A stretch of 64,000 nt of DNA, from NCBI GenBank assembly GCA_963827685.1, contig CAWHBU010000006.1, positions 1-64,000 on the forward strand, written 5' to 3'. The position numbers were made by a program, and so were the translations under genes. The notes under the pieces were generated by a model. That model had not been told where the DNA came from, searched no databases, and was given only the letters and a program-made list of their open reading frames with translations. Position 1 is the stretch's first letter; each line of letters begins with the position of its first letter. Shown here in pieces: positions 39,291 through 49,733 of the stretch. This DNA is from an uncultured delta proteobacterium. Lineage in GTDB: Bacteria; Desulfobacterota; BSN033; UBA1163.

Positions 39291-39406
39291 CCCCGTTAGA
39301 AAGATTGCCCCGCTGCTCTGCAACAGGATTAGATTTTAGAATAATTCCGGTGGGGTTTAATGCTCCGCTCGGTTTCGAGTCGCAACGACTGGAATTTCTA
39401 ACGGGG
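39291..39406. mobile_element. 116-bp MITE-like element
   Basis: Perfect 12-bp terminal IR ccccgttagaaa / tttctaacgggg, flanked by TTTA on both sides. Confidence 0.7.
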
Positions 39407-39407
39407 T

Positions 39408-39812
39408 TTACCCCGCTGCTTTGACATACCTGATCCTCAAATCATAGAGGACATAGTCGATTACTTTTTCCTCCTCGGGGGTAAGATTTCCCTTTGTCTT
39501 TTCCTTCAACATCCCGATGAGGTCTATCGTCTGTTTGGCTGAGGGAAGGTTCTTAGCTGATTTTTGAGTGAATGGATCTTGAATCTCTCCTAACTGGATG
39601 AGAGCTGACGAACTTAAAGATAAGATGAAATGAGTAAAATCAATCTCAGGGAGGAGTGCTTCCTGAGCAGAAATATCCTCTCTGGAAGTTTCTTCAAACT
39701 TTCCCTCTTCATTGATTTTGGATTCCTCCTTCTCTTCCTTCTTGGCACTAAACCTCTTATCCTTTACAACAAAACCCTTTTCTTGTTCATCGTCCTTTTT
39801 ATCATTTCCCAT
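39408..39812 (-). CDS. DUF1844 domain protein
   Basis: FILSLSSSALIQLG, AKQTIDLIGMLKEKTKGNL. Confidence 0.9.
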   Translation of the reverse strand: MGNDKKDDEQEKGFVVKDKRFSAKKEEKEESKINEEGKFEETSREDISAQEALLPEIDFTHFILSLSSSALIQLGEIQDPFTQKSAKNLPSAKQTIDLIGMLKEKTKGNLTPEEEKVIDYVLYDLRIRYVKAAG

Positions 39813-39930
39813 GGCATCCTCCTAAGAAATCAAGTCTATTCCTGTAAGTTTTTAATATAAAATTATTTAATAAAATCAATAAAATATAAAAAGTACTTGA
39901 CTTTTTAACCATCCTTATTATATTCTATTG

Positions 39931-39957
39931 TTAGCACTCTAATAAAAAGAGTGCTAA
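39931..39957 (+). promoter_or_regulatory. CIRCE operator (HrcA site)
   Basis: TTAGCACTC-N9-GAGTGCTAA, exact consensus. Confidence 0.96.
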
Positions 39958-39978
39958 TCAATCTAAGGGGTGGTTTAA

Positions 39979-40848
39979 ATGCCAATTCCACATCTTCCGG
40001 TTGTAAAGAATTCAATAGAAACCTATCTCGTTCAGATCAATCAATTTCCGCTCTTAAGTCAGGAAGAAGAATTTAAACTTGCCGTAAGATATCGTAAATA
40101 CTACGATAAGGAAGAGGGGATTGAGGCTGCGCATAAGTTAATTACATCAAACTTAAGATTTGTTGTCAAGGTTGCTTTTGAATATAAGTCCTACGGGGCT
40201 AAACTCCAAGACCTCATCCAGGAGGGAAATATTGGTCTGATGATGGCGGTCAAAAAGTTTGATCCTCACAAAGGGTATCGGTTTATATCCTATGCTATCT
40301 GGTGGATCAGGGCCTATATTCAAAATTTTATCATAAAAACCTGGAGCCTCGTTAAGATCGGGACGACCCAAGCCCAAAAGAAGCTTTTCTATAAGATTGG
40401 AAAGGTAAGAAAGGCATTGGAATCCAATGGAGAGAACGAAAAGAAATACGAACTTCTGGCTCGCGATTTAGATGTGGCCAAAGAGGATATCGTTGAGATG
40501 GAACAGAGGATGTCTTCAAGAGACCTCTCCCTCGATGCTCCTTTTGACGAAGGCCAGGAACTCACCCACCTCGACCTTCTTAAAGAAGAATCTCCAAACC
40601 AAGAAGAGGCCTTCGCACAGGAAGAGGAAAAAAGGATTCGGGAACACGACGTTCAGAATGCAATGAAACGTTTAAACGAGAAAGAAGTCTATGTGATCAA
40701 AAATAGAATCATGGCTGAAGAACCCCTCACCCTTCAGCAAATTGGGGACCACCTCAAACTTTCAAGGGAACGGGTGAGACAGATTGAAGGTGAAGCATTA
40801 AAGAAGTTAAAAAGAGAATTCAGCACGAGATCAGAACTGCAAGTCTAA
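39979..40848 (+). CDS. rpoH: RNA polymerase sigma factor RpoH
   Basis: DLIQEGNIGLM, RpoH box TTQAQKKLFY, SRERVRQIE. Confidence 0.93.
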   Translation: MPIPHLPVVKNSIETYLVQINQFPLLSQEEEFKLAVRYRKYYDKEEGIEAAHKLITSNLRFVVKVAFEYKSYGAKLQDLIQEGNIGLMMAVKKFDPHKGYRFISYAIWWIRAYIQNFIIKTWSLVKIGTTQAQKKLFYKIGKVRKALESNGENEKKYELLARDLDVAKEDIVEMEQRMSSRDLSLDAPFDEGQELTHLDLLKEESPNQEEAFAQEEEKRIREHDVQNAMKRLNEKEVYVIKNRIMAEEPLTLQQIGDHLKLSRERVRQIEGEALKKLKREFSTRSELQV

Positions 40849-40864
40849 CGGGGAGGGTTTCAGA

Positions 40865-41146
40865 ATGCCTATTTATGAGTATCAATGTCACCAGTGTAAT
40901 GAGGTCTTTGAGATCTTTCATAAAATAGATGAAGATTGTAAAGTAACCTGTCCTAAATGCCTTGGGCCAGCGAAAAAAATGATTTCAGCCACTAACTTTG
41001 TCCTGAAAGGGTCCGGTTTCTATGTGAACGATTACCCCTCAAAAAGTCGAAAGGAAGGGAAGAAGGCGGAGAAAGACGGGACGGAAAAAGGACAAAGTGG
41101 AAAAGCTGAAGAAAAAAGGGCAGAAAAAAAAGCGGATCCGAAATAA
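40865..41146 (+). CDS. FmdB-family zinc ribbon protein
   Basis: MPIYEYQCHQC..CPKC..FVLKGSGFY. Confidence 0.9.
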   Translation: MPIYEYQCHQCNEVFEIFHKIDEDCKVTCPKCLGPAKKMISATNFVLKGSGFYVNDYPSKSRKEGKKAEKDGTEKGQSGKAEEKRAEKKADPK

Positions 41147-41298
41147 ATTAAATCCCAATAATCAAACCCCAAATTACAAACAAATTCCAATTTCCCCAAT
41201 TTCTAATAATCAAAATACCCCACGCCCTTACCCAGGGGAAGTTGGACTATTGGTCATTATTTGGTCCCGCAATGACGGGATTGGTGCTTGGGATTTGG

Positions 41299-42513
41299 TT
41301 AAATTTTGTTAATTTTCTTCTGTTTCAATAATTCCACCACATCATCGAGAATCAATTGCGACACTTCTTCCTTCCCTATTAAAGGAAGATCTTTTACTTG
41401 ACCGGATGGATATAAGATCCTGACCTGATTGGTATCGGAACCAAAACCAGCTCCTGGTTTGGTCACATCATTCACCACAATCAGATCAAGATTCTTCTCC
41501 TGCAGTTTCTTCTTAGCATTGGCGATCAAATCCTCTGTTTCGGCAGCAAATCCAACAAGAATTCGACTCCCTTTCTTTTTTCCAAGTTCTTCAAGGATGT
41601 CTTTCGTCCTCTCCAGCGCTAAGGTACATTCGGAATCTCCCTTTTTTATTTTTTTCTGACTGACTACCTTAGGACGATAATCTGAGACAGCCGCTGCCTT
41701 GATCACAACGGAAGATCCCTCCAGGTGGGCGAAAACAGCCTTTCTCATCTCCTCTGCTGATTGGACAGGAACCCATTTTATATCAGTCCGCGGGGGAGGA
41801 AGAGAGACCGGGCCAGTGATCAAAATAACCTCTGCGCCTCTACGCTTGGCCATCTTTGCCAGGGCATATCCCATCTTCCCAGAGGAACGATTGGTGATGA
41901 ACCGAACAGGATCAAGTGGCTCTTGAGTCGGCCCCCCTGTGATCAGGATCTGCTCCCCTTTCAAATCTTTTGGGGACAGAAGATCTTCCATTTTCTCCAC
42001 CACCTCATTCAATTCGGGCAGCCTTCCCTTCCCATACCAATGACAAGCCAACTCCCCTTCTCCGGGCTCCATGAGATGGTAGCCCATCTCAAGCAGGGTC
42101 CGAATATTTTTCTGGAGGGCTTTATTTTCCCACATATTGACATTCATTGAGGGAACGAAAAGAACGCGTGCTTTGGTGGCCATCACCATGGTGGAGAGAA
42201 AATCATCAGCAATCCCATTGGCGATCTTTCCAATGATATTCGCCGTCGCGGGAAGGATGACAACCAATTCTGCCAGATCAGCCAATACAATATGACCGAT
42301 TTCTGCACCTTCAAGCAAAGCAAAGGGGTCGGTCACCACCGGATTTCCGGAAAGGGTTTGAAAGGTCAGCGGAGTGATAAATTTCTGGGCGTTTTGTGTC
42401 ATGACTACATGGACATCCACCTCTCCCTTGACTAAAAGCCTGACAAACTCCGCTGCTTTGTAAGCAGCAATCCCCCCCGTAATCCCCAAAACAATCTTTT
42501 TCCCTTTTAGCAT
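41299..42513 (-). CDS. coaBC: Phosphopantothenoylcysteine decarboxylase/ligase
   Basis: GITGGIAAYK, PATAN, DPVRFITNRSSGKMG, GFAAET; start at MLKGKK. Confidence 0.97.
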   Translation of the reverse strand: MLKGKKIVLGITGGIAAYKAAEFVRLLVKGEVDVHVVMTQNAQKFITPLTFQTLSGNPVVTDPFALLEGAEIGHIVLADLAELVVILPATANIIGKIANGIADDFLSTMVMATKARVLFVPSMNVNMWENKALQKNIRTLLEMGYHLMEPGEGELACHWYGKGRLPELNEVVEKMEDLLSPKDLKGEQILITGGPTQEPLDPVRFITNRSSGKMGYALAKMAKRRGAEVILITGPVSLPPPRTDIKWVPVQSAEEMRKAVFAHLEGSSVVIKAAAVSDYRPKVVSQKKIKKGDSECTLALERTKDILEELGKKKGSRILVGFAAETEDLIANAKKKLQEKNLDLIVVNDVTKPGAGFGSDTNQVRILYPSGQVKDLPLIGKEEVSQLILDDVVELLKQKKINKI

Positions 42514-42820
42514 GGTTATTCTATACCACAAAAAGAACCGCTTCTCAATAGAGGATTGAAGCTCAAATCCCCTTTTAGAGATCTGGAGAGAATCTTTTCG
42601 TTTAACTTCTACGGGTGGCACATATACAAAAAATATGTTGGTCATTCTACTAATTCGCCTCAAAGGTGCGGTCGTGTAAGCTCATCAAGGATTATTGACA
42701 ATATCCTTCTTACCCGTTATGGTTTTTACGCGACAGCAGGATCAAAATCGGCGGAGGGTCGTAGATTCTTCCGGCCATCAGCAGGAATGCTGCAAAATAT
42801 CTAACAGGAAAGGATAAGCC

Positions 42821-44755
42821 ATGAATCTCTTGCCATCTCTTTTTTCCCCTATCAAGATAAAATCGTTGGAGCTTGTCAACCGGGTGGTCATGCCCCCCAT
42901 GGGGACCAATCTCGGGAATCCCGATGGAATGGTGAGCGAAGCTAATCTTGCTTACATAAAGCGCCGGGCCAGGGGAGGGGCCGGCCTGATCATCACCGAG
43001 ATTTCCTCCGTCCACCCCAGCGGGTCAGGCATAGCGAATGAACTGGGAGCCTATGATGACCGGTTTATCCCTGGCCTGAAAAAAATTGCCGACGCGGTGC
43101 ATGCTGCTGGCAGCAAGGTGGCCTTGCAGCTCCATCATGCCGGACGGGAAAGCCTTTATCTTTTGCAGCAAGGGAAAGCGATTGCTCCTTCTGCAATCCC
43201 CTCTTTAATTTTCCGCCTGCCCCCGCGGGAGATCACCCACGACGAGATCCAGGAGATCATCGCCGCTTTCGGCGCTGCCGCCCGCCGCGGAATAGAGGCG
43301 GGCTTTGATGCCGTCGAGGTGCACGGCGCACACGGGTATTTGTTGACCCAGTTCTTATCCTCTTTCTCCAACAAACGTGAGGATGAATACGGGGGCAGTC
43401 TGATCAACCGCAGCCGTTTCATGACAGAAGTGTTGCGAGAGGTCCGCAAAACGGTGGGACCGGATTTTCCCGTCTCACTGCGTCTTTCTGTGGAAGAGTG
43501 CATTAAAGATGGTTACACATTCGAGGATATCCGGCCCATCCTCCCGAATCTGGTTAAAGCCGGAGCCGACATGTTACATGCCTCTCTCGGCACGCACGGA
43601 AGTCCGGGCGGCATTACCAGCGCGCCCCCTGAGTATCCAGCCGGGTTCAATGTCTGGAGGGCCACAAAGTTGAAAGAGGCAGTTGGTCTCCCGGTGATTG
43701 CCGTCGGGCGATTCTCGGATCCTTCCTTGGCAAATGACGTGATTGCCCGTGGGGAAGCAGACCTGGTGGCATTTGGCCGCCAGTTTTTGGCTGATCCCGA
43801 TTTCTTGATCAAAGCAAGAGAGGGGCGTCCCGAAGATATCCGTAAGTGTATCGCATGCAATCAAGGCTGCATCGAACGCCTGATTTTGGGAGAGGGGAAG
43901 ATCCGCTGTGCCCTCAATCCCGAGACCGGACAGGAAATGGTTTATCCACAGGGGCCAGCAACAGTCCGTCGCAAGGTATGGATCGTGGGGGGCGGTCCCG
44001 GCGGCCTCACCGCAGCGTATGAGGCAGCCCGCCTCGGGCATAAGGTCACCCTTTTCGAGAAGGAGGCGGAAACGGGAGGGCAGTTGCGGTTCGCCAGTAA
44101 GTCACCCTTCAAAGACCACTATGGAACGTGGGCCTCCTGGCTTACTTCTCAGGTTAAGAAGATGGGGGTCATCCTGCGCACGGGTACTGAGGTGACGGAA
44201 AGTATGCTTTCCGAGGGGAATCCAGATGCGGTCATTTTGGCCAGCGGAGGGAAACAGATCAAACCCGACATTCCCGGAATCGACCTTCCCCTGGTCTGTA
44301 ATGCCTGGCAGGTTCTGGGCGGAGCGGTCCCTACCGGGAAGCATGCAGTAGTGATTGGCGGCGGGTTGATTGGCATGGAAACAGCCGATTATTTGTGCCA
44401 AAAAGGAACGCAGGTCACTCTGGTCGAGGTTCTGAAACGTTCGCCGGTTCTCAAAATCACTTCCCACGGTTACATGTTACACACCCGACTCAAAGAAGCC
44501 GGATGCCGGCTGCTTTTCAACACCACCTTGACGAAAATCGAAGAATCCTCTGTGACCGCCCTGATTGAGGGGAGAGAACAAATCCTCTCCCCGGTCGATC
44601 AAGTCGTTATAGCGGTTGGACTCAAGCCCCACGATGGACTGAAGGAGTTTTTACAGGCCAGAAAGATCCGTCACTTTATCATCGGTGACGCCCTTGAGCC
44701 CCGCAGAATTCTCGAGGCCAACGAAGAGGGAGCCCGGGCCGCCTGGAATCTCTAA
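42821..44755 (+). CDS. Old yellow enzyme/2,4-dienoyl-CoA reductase-like FMN/FeS/FAD oxidoreductase
   Basis: HGAHGYL, CIACNQGC, GGGPGG, GGGLIG. Confidence 0.92.
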   Translation: MNLLPSLFSPIKIKSLELVNRVVMPPMGTNLGNPDGMVSEANLAYIKRRARGGAGLIITEISSVHPSGSGIANELGAYDDRFIPGLKKIADAVHAAGSKVALQLHHAGRESLYLLQQGKAIAPSAIPSLIFRLPPREITHDEIQEIIAAFGAAARRGIEAGFDAVEVHGAHGYLLTQFLSSFSNKREDEYGGSLINRSRFMTEVLREVRKTVGPDFPVSLRLSVEECIKDGYTFEDIRPILPNLVKAGADMLHASLGTHGSPGGITSAPPEYPAGFNVWRATKLKEAVGLPVIAVGRFSDPSLANDVIARGEADLVAFGRQFLADPDFLIKAREGRPEDIRKCIACNQGCIERLILGEGKIRCALNPETGQEMVYPQGPATVRRKVWIVGGGPGGLTAAYEAARLGHKVTLFEKEAETGGQLRFASKSPFKDHYGTWASWLTSQVKKMGVILRTGTEVTESMLSEGNPDAVILASGGKQIKPDIPGIDLPLVCNAWQVLGGAVPTGKHAVVIGGGLIGMETADYLCQKGTQVTLVEVLKRSPVLKITSHGYMLHTRLKEAGCRLLFNTTLTKIEESSVTALIEGREQILSPVDQVVIAVGLKPHDGLKEFLQARKIRHFIIGDALEPRRILEANEEGARAAWNL

Positions 44756-44948
44756 CACGATAGGGATGCGAAAACTAAGAGAGTGCCTGAATAATACAGC
44801 GAAGAGGGTGAATTCGACTAAGATGCCCAAGATAGATGAGTCGTATCAAAGCATACCGCGTACCGCAAAGAAAACCACGCAATGTTTTCCGGGAGATTAC
44901 CTCGAGCAATTTCTGAAATAAAATCGATTTCTCACAACAGGAGATTTT

Positions 44949-45725
44949 ATGAAGATTCAGGATAAGGTTGTCGTAGTCACTGGCGGCGCCTCCGGCATCG
45001 GGCGCGGATTGTGCCGCCGGTTCGCCGCCGAGGGGCCAAAGGGTATTGTGGTGTCCGACACCGATGGAGAAGGGGCGGCGAAGGTGGCCAAGGAGATCGG
45101 TGGCCTTGCCGTGACGGCGGATGTCGGCAAAGAGGCAGACGTCCAAAAACTGGTGGAGATTACTACCAGTCACTATGGTCCAATCGATTTATTCTGCTCG
45201 AATGCGGGGATCTCTGCACGAGGCGGTGCCGAGGCTCCGGATTCGGTTTGGCAGCGTTGCTGGGATGTCCATGTCATGGCCCATGTGTATGCCGCCCGCG
45301 CCGTTCTGCCGTCCATGATTGAGCGCGGCGGCGGGTACCTGCTCCAGACGGGTTCAGCCGGGGGGTTGCTTACGACCCTTGGTGCAGCGCCTTATGCGGT
45401 CAGCAAGCACGCCTCTGTGGCCTTTGCGGAATGGCTTTCGATCACCCATGCCCGCCATGGCATCAAAGTCAGTTGTCTCTGCCCTTTTGGAGTAAGGACC
45501 GGAATGCTTTCTGAGGAAACGGAGGGCATCGGGAAGCTGATCATCCAAACCGCCCTCTCTCCGGAGGAAGTTGCGGAACATGTTGTCGCCGCCCTGGAAA
45601 GGGAGGAGTTTCTTATTCTTCCGCATCCACAAATTTTAGATTATTTCAAGAATAAGGCCAACAATTACGAACGCTGGCTGCGTCACATGCGCCGGGAACA
45701 GGAACAGTATGTCACACCTCGATGA
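44949..45725 (+). CDS. SDR-family oxidoreductase
   Basis: TGGASGIG, NAG, YAVSK. Confidence 0.93.
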   Translation: MKIQDKVVVVTGGASGIGRGLCRRFAAEGPKGIVVSDTDGEGAAKVAKEIGGLAVTADVGKEADVQKLVEITTSHYGPIDLFCSNAGISARGGAEAPDSVWQRCWDVHVMAHVYAARAVLPSMIERGGGYLLQTGSAGGLLTTLGAAPYAVSKHASVAFAEWLSITHARHGIKVSCLCPFGVRTGMLSEETEGIGKLIIQTALSPEEVAEHVVAALEREEFLILPHPQILDYFKNKANNYERWLRHMRREQEQYVTPR

Positions 45726-45750
45726 AAGGCGTGCGCGGGAGGTTAACGAA

Positions 45751-46548
45751 ATGACTTTTGAAACGATTTTGTATGACGTCACGAATGAGGTTGCCACGGT
45801 TACCCTCAACCGTCCGTCCAAGCTCAACGCTTATACGCCCAAGATGGGTAACGAGTTGATGGATGCCCTCAGCCTGGCAGATGAAGACCCGGGCGTGCGG
45901 GTGGTCATATTGACGGGCGCCGGTCGAGCTTTCTGTGCAGGGGCCGATATCGGAAGCTTTGCTGAGGACATCGATACCCGTGCGGCCGGAGGAACCGGAC
46001 AGCACAGCAACCAACGAATAAGACACTATCCCAGCCTGATGCAGAGATATTCCAAACCCACCATTGCTGCGATCAACGGATACTCCCTCGGGATCGGATG
46101 TACCATCACGTTTTCCTGGGACATACGCATCATTGCTGAAGGAGCGAAAATGGGGGTGACTTTTCCACGTGTCGGGCTGATGATGGAGCTTGGATCGACC
46201 TATCTACTGCCCCGGTTGATCGGGGCATCAAACGCCGCAGAGATGATGTTAACGGGACGGCAATTTACTGCCGAAGAATGCTATCGTAAAGGACTGGTGA
46301 GTTACGTCGTCCCGGGGGATAAACTGATGGACAAAGCACGAGAGATTGCTGGGGAAATACTCCTGTGCTCGCCTACCTCGCTGGCCCACATTCGGCAGGC
46401 GCTGTATGACGGTATGAGAGGATCACTCGAGAATGCCTGCAGCTTCGAGATCCTGGCGATGGAGCGTTGTTACTTGAGCCCCGAGCACAAGGAATACGTC
46501 TCGGCGTTCATGGAAAAGCGAAAGCCCGATTTTCGCCGGGTGAAATAA
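45751..46548 (+). CDS. Enoyl-CoA hydratase/isomerase family protein
   Basis: LNRPSKLNA, AFCAGADI, KPTIAAING. Confidence 0.92.
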   Translation: MTFETILYDVTNEVATVTLNRPSKLNAYTPKMGNELMDALSLADEDPGVRVVILTGAGRAFCAGADIGSFAEDIDTRAAGGTGQHSNQRIRHYPSLMQRYSKPTIAAINGYSLGIGCTITFSWDIRIIAEGAKMGVTFPRVGLMMELGSTYLLPRLIGASNAAEMMLTGRQFTAEECYRKGLVSYVVPGDKLMDKAREIAGEILLCSPTSLAHIRQALYDGMRGSLENACSFEILAMERCYLSPEHKEYVSAFMEKRKPDFRRVK

Positions 46549-46697
46549 AGTCCGCAGCCCCAACGTAGACTTACCGAAACCCACGGAAAGGCTGCCTCAT
46601 GCGGCGCTTGTTTTCCTTCATCTGCTGAAAGGTTCTTTTCCTTACTCTGCATTTGCTGAGTCGCTCATAAAGAGCATGCGGGCAAAGGGGTACTTCA

Positions 46698-48197
46698 ATG
46701 AATATTGCCGAATTAGCGTTGAAAAGTCTTGAACTCGGCGAGCATGTCAGCATCATTTTTGAAGGGTGGGAAATCACCAATTATCAGATGAACCGTGCCG
46801 CCAACAAGCTGGGTAATGCCCTCAAGAATCTGGGCGTTCAGCGGGGAGACCGGATTATTCTGCAGATACCGAACTGCCCGGAAGTCCTGCAGAGTTTTCA
46901 GGCCATCTGGAGGATCGGCGCCATCGTCGTTCCCATCAATTACCAGGTCGGTCAGGAAGAAATCAATTTCATCTATCAGGACTCCGGAGCGACCACGGTC
47001 ATTACATCCCCTGAATTTTACGAGAAGGTCAAGATAGCGCGATCCAAAGTAGAGGGGTTCAAAAATATCATTATCGTCGGTTCCGAAGCGCCCGCCGGCG
47101 CCTGTCTGTTTCAGAAGCTTGTGAATGACGGTTCGGATGAATTGGAGATGGTGAAGACTGCCGACGATGACGTCGCTGTCCTCATCTATACCTCTGGAAC
47201 GACGGGAACACCGAAAGGCGTCATGCTGACCCATGCCGGGCTCCGCTTCAGCGCCATAACACAGCAGGAAACGACCAACCTTCCCCAAGATCTGGTAACC
47301 ATCGCCGTTCTTCCGCTTTGCCATTCTTTCGGCATCGCCATGATGAACGGGGCTTTTCTCCGGCTTCGGGGGAAGGTGGTGCTCATGCGGCAGTTCAAGC
47401 TGGAACAGTTCTTTGAAAATATTCAAAAGTATAAAGTCCAGAGCGTGCCCGCCGTTCCGACCATGTATGTCTATATGGTGACGTACCCGGATGCCAAAAA
47501 ATATGATGTGAGTTCCGTGAAAATGTGGCTGAGCGGTTCCGCCCCTCTGTCGCTGGACACAAGGCGACAGTTCAAGGAAAAATTCGGGGGTGAAATCGCC
47601 GAAGGTTGGGGGCTGACCGAAACGGGAGCCAACAATACCGGCAATGTTCACGTCCCCAACAGGCCGGGGTCCATCGGTAAGCCCATGAAGGGGATGGAGA
47701 TGAAGATCTTTGACGACAACGATCAGGAAGTCCCGCAGGGCCGGGAAGGGGAAATCGTTATCCGGGGGCCGATGGTGATGAGAGGCTATTGGAACCTTCC
47801 CGAGGCGACGGCCGAAGTCATCCGAAACGGCTGGCTGCATACGGGCGATATCGGCTACGTCGATCAGGATGGCTATTACTTCATCACGGACCGGAAAAAG
47901 GACATCATTATCAAGAGTGGAGAGAATATATCGCCTCGAGCCATCGAGGAAGTCCTCTACAGCCATCCCAGTGTCGCTGAGGCGGCCGTTATCGGGATGA
48001 AAGATCCGGTCTATGGCGAAGATATCAAGGCCTTTGTGACGTTGAAACCCGGAACTGTTGCGACACCCGAAGAACTCGAGGAGTTCTGCCAGGGCAAGCT
48101 CAAGAGATTTTTTGTTCCCAAGGAAATTGTCATTCTTCAAGCCATGCCTAAAACACTGGTCGGTAAGATTCTGAAGAAGGAATTGCGAAAGGTTTAA
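46698..48197 (+). CDS. Acyl-CoA ligase, long-chain fatty acid type
   Basis: YTSGTTGTPKG, WGLTE, LHTGD, DRKKD. Confidence 0.93.
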   Translation: MNIAELALKSLELGEHVSIIFEGWEITNYQMNRAANKLGNALKNLGVQRGDRIILQIPNCPEVLQSFQAIWRIGAIVVPINYQVGQEEINFIYQDSGATTVITSPEFYEKVKIARSKVEGFKNIIIVGSEAPAGACLFQKLVNDGSDELEMVKTADDDVAVLIYTSGTTGTPKGVMLTHAGLRFSAITQQETTNLPQDLVTIAVLPLCHSFGIAMMNGAFLRLRGKVVLMRQFKLEQFFENIQKYKVQSVPAVPTMYVYMVTYPDAKKYDVSSVKMWLSGSAPLSLDTRRQFKEKFGGEIAEGWGLTETGANNTGNVHVPNRPGSIGKPMKGMEMKIFDDNDQEVPQGREGEIVIRGPMVMRGYWNLPEATAEVIRNGWLHTGDIGYVDQDGYYFITDRKKDIIIKSGENISPRAIEEVLYSHPSVAEAAVIGMKDPVYGEDIKAFVTLKPGTVATPEELEEFCQGKLKRFFVPKEIVILQAMPKTLVGKILKKELRKV

Positions 48198-48249
48198 TCG
48201 AAGGACGACAACACGGGAATCTTTCTACAACGGTTTGGTTCTTGTATAG

Positions 48250-48366
48250 TCTCGTATCTTCACAATGAAAGAGCTTATCCGCAGAGGAGGAAAATACGGC
48301 TTCTTCAGTTCCTGCTGCGGCGGCGGACTCGGCGTGGCCACGGTTATCGAGAATCTTCAGTGTTAA
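48250..48366 (+). pseudogene. C-terminal remnant of a thiolase
   Basis: ELIRRGGKYGFFSSCCGGGLGVATVIENLQC-stop; the rest of the gene is absent. Confidence 0.75.
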
Positions 48367-48556
48367 AGCTGAAGCCGGTCGGGAAAAACTGCCGGATAAA
48401 CCGCGTCGAAGAATTGTTTATTATGATCATCTTTTTCGCTTGCGCCTTCGCATGGATCGCGGGCGCAAGAGGTCTTTATATTCTCAAGGAAGATGCACCC
48501 CGTGAACGCTCAGGTATTGTTCATGGGGTGTTCGTATGATATAAAAGGAGCTTATC

Positions 48557-48637
48557 ATGAAAACTCTGCAGCACCTGTTGGAGCCGATAAAAATCGGCCC
48601 CCTCCAACTTGTCCTAACCTATTTGAAGACAGCATAA
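48557..48637 (+). pseudogene. N-terminal remnant of an OYE-family gene
   Basis: AAGGAG RBS; MKTLQHLLEPIKIGPLQL resembles the start of 42821 (LFSPIKIKSLEL). Confidence 0.55.
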
Positions 48638-48657
48638 GAATATCAAAGGGGTAGATT

Positions 48658-49449
48658 ATGAACTATGAATTTATAAAGGTAGAAAAAAAGGGTCACGTGA
48701 CTACGGTGACGATCAATCGTCCTAATGTCATGAATTCCATCAGTCCATTGGTCAGTGTGGAAATGGACCATGTTTTCAATGATTTCGATGCCGACCCGCA
48801 ACAGTGGATATGCATCATTACGGGCGCGGGAGAGAAGGCTTTTTCGGCGGGCAACGACTTGAAATTTCAAGCGCAGAATGGCGCGGACAAGATACGGGAA
48901 ATCATGAAAGGCGTGAAAGGCGGCTTTGCCGGATTGACATCACGCTTTGATTGTTATAAACCTTTCATCGCGGCCGTCAATGGACTGGCTCTGGGGGGCG
49001 GGTTTGAAATTGCCCTTGCTTGCGATATCATTGTCGCTTCCGAAAACGCCAGTTTTGGATTGCCCGAACCGCGCGTCGGATTGATCCCCGGTTCGGGTGG
49101 TGTGCATCGCCTCCCCAGGCAGATTCCTTATCATATGGCCCAGTATATGATCATGACCTCCAAACGCATCACACCGCAGCAGGCCGTGCAGTATGGGCTT
49201 GTCGCGGAAGTTGTTCCTCTCTCGGAGCTGATTCCAACTGCGGAGAAGATCGCGGCGGAAATTCTCCTCGCGGCCCCTTTGTGTATTCGGGCGGCCAAGG
49301 AAGCAACTGTGAAAGGGTTGAACGTTACCCTGCAGGAGGCGGTAAACACTCAGTACCCGGGGCAGCTTGTCATGCGTCAATCCGAAGATTTTATTGAAGG
49401 GCCCAAGGCGTTCGCTGAAAAAAGGCCGCCCAATTGGAAGGGCAAATGA
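48658..49449 (+). CDS. Enoyl-CoA hydratase family protein (CaiD-like)
   Basis: AFSAGNDLK, GGGFEIALACD, FGLPEPRVG. Confidence 0.93.
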   Translation: MNYEFIKVEKKGHVTTVTINRPNVMNSISPLVSVEMDHVFNDFDADPQQWICIITGAGEKAFSAGNDLKFQAQNGADKIREIMKGVKGGFAGLTSRFDCYKPFIAAVNGLALGGGFEIALACDIIVASENASFGLPEPRVGLIPGSGGVHRLPRQIPYHMAQYMIMTSKRITPQQAVQYGLVAEVVPLSELIPTAEKIAAEILLAAPLCIRAAKEATVKGLNVTLQEAVNTQYPGQLVMRQSEDFIEGPKAFAEKRPPNWKGK

Positions 49450-49733
49450 ATTGCCTATTGATTTTTATCTTAATCAACTGAAAAGGAGAAATTCCGCAGG
49501 ACCACTTGATTCTCGGCAATATCTACTTCTCCGAACCGGATTTCCCCAATAAGTGGTATGGCAAGTGCGCCGGTTGGGGCCAGGTTGTTGCCATTCCCAG
49601 GGCCTTGTGCACCCCGTCGGTCATTAACGGGAGAAAGTAACGGGGAGAAAGTGATGATGGGGCTTCCCCGGTCGCGTTGGAAGAAGGGCGGCCTCGAATT
49701 TGAAATTACTTGGGTGAGGAAGGACTTTGTGAG

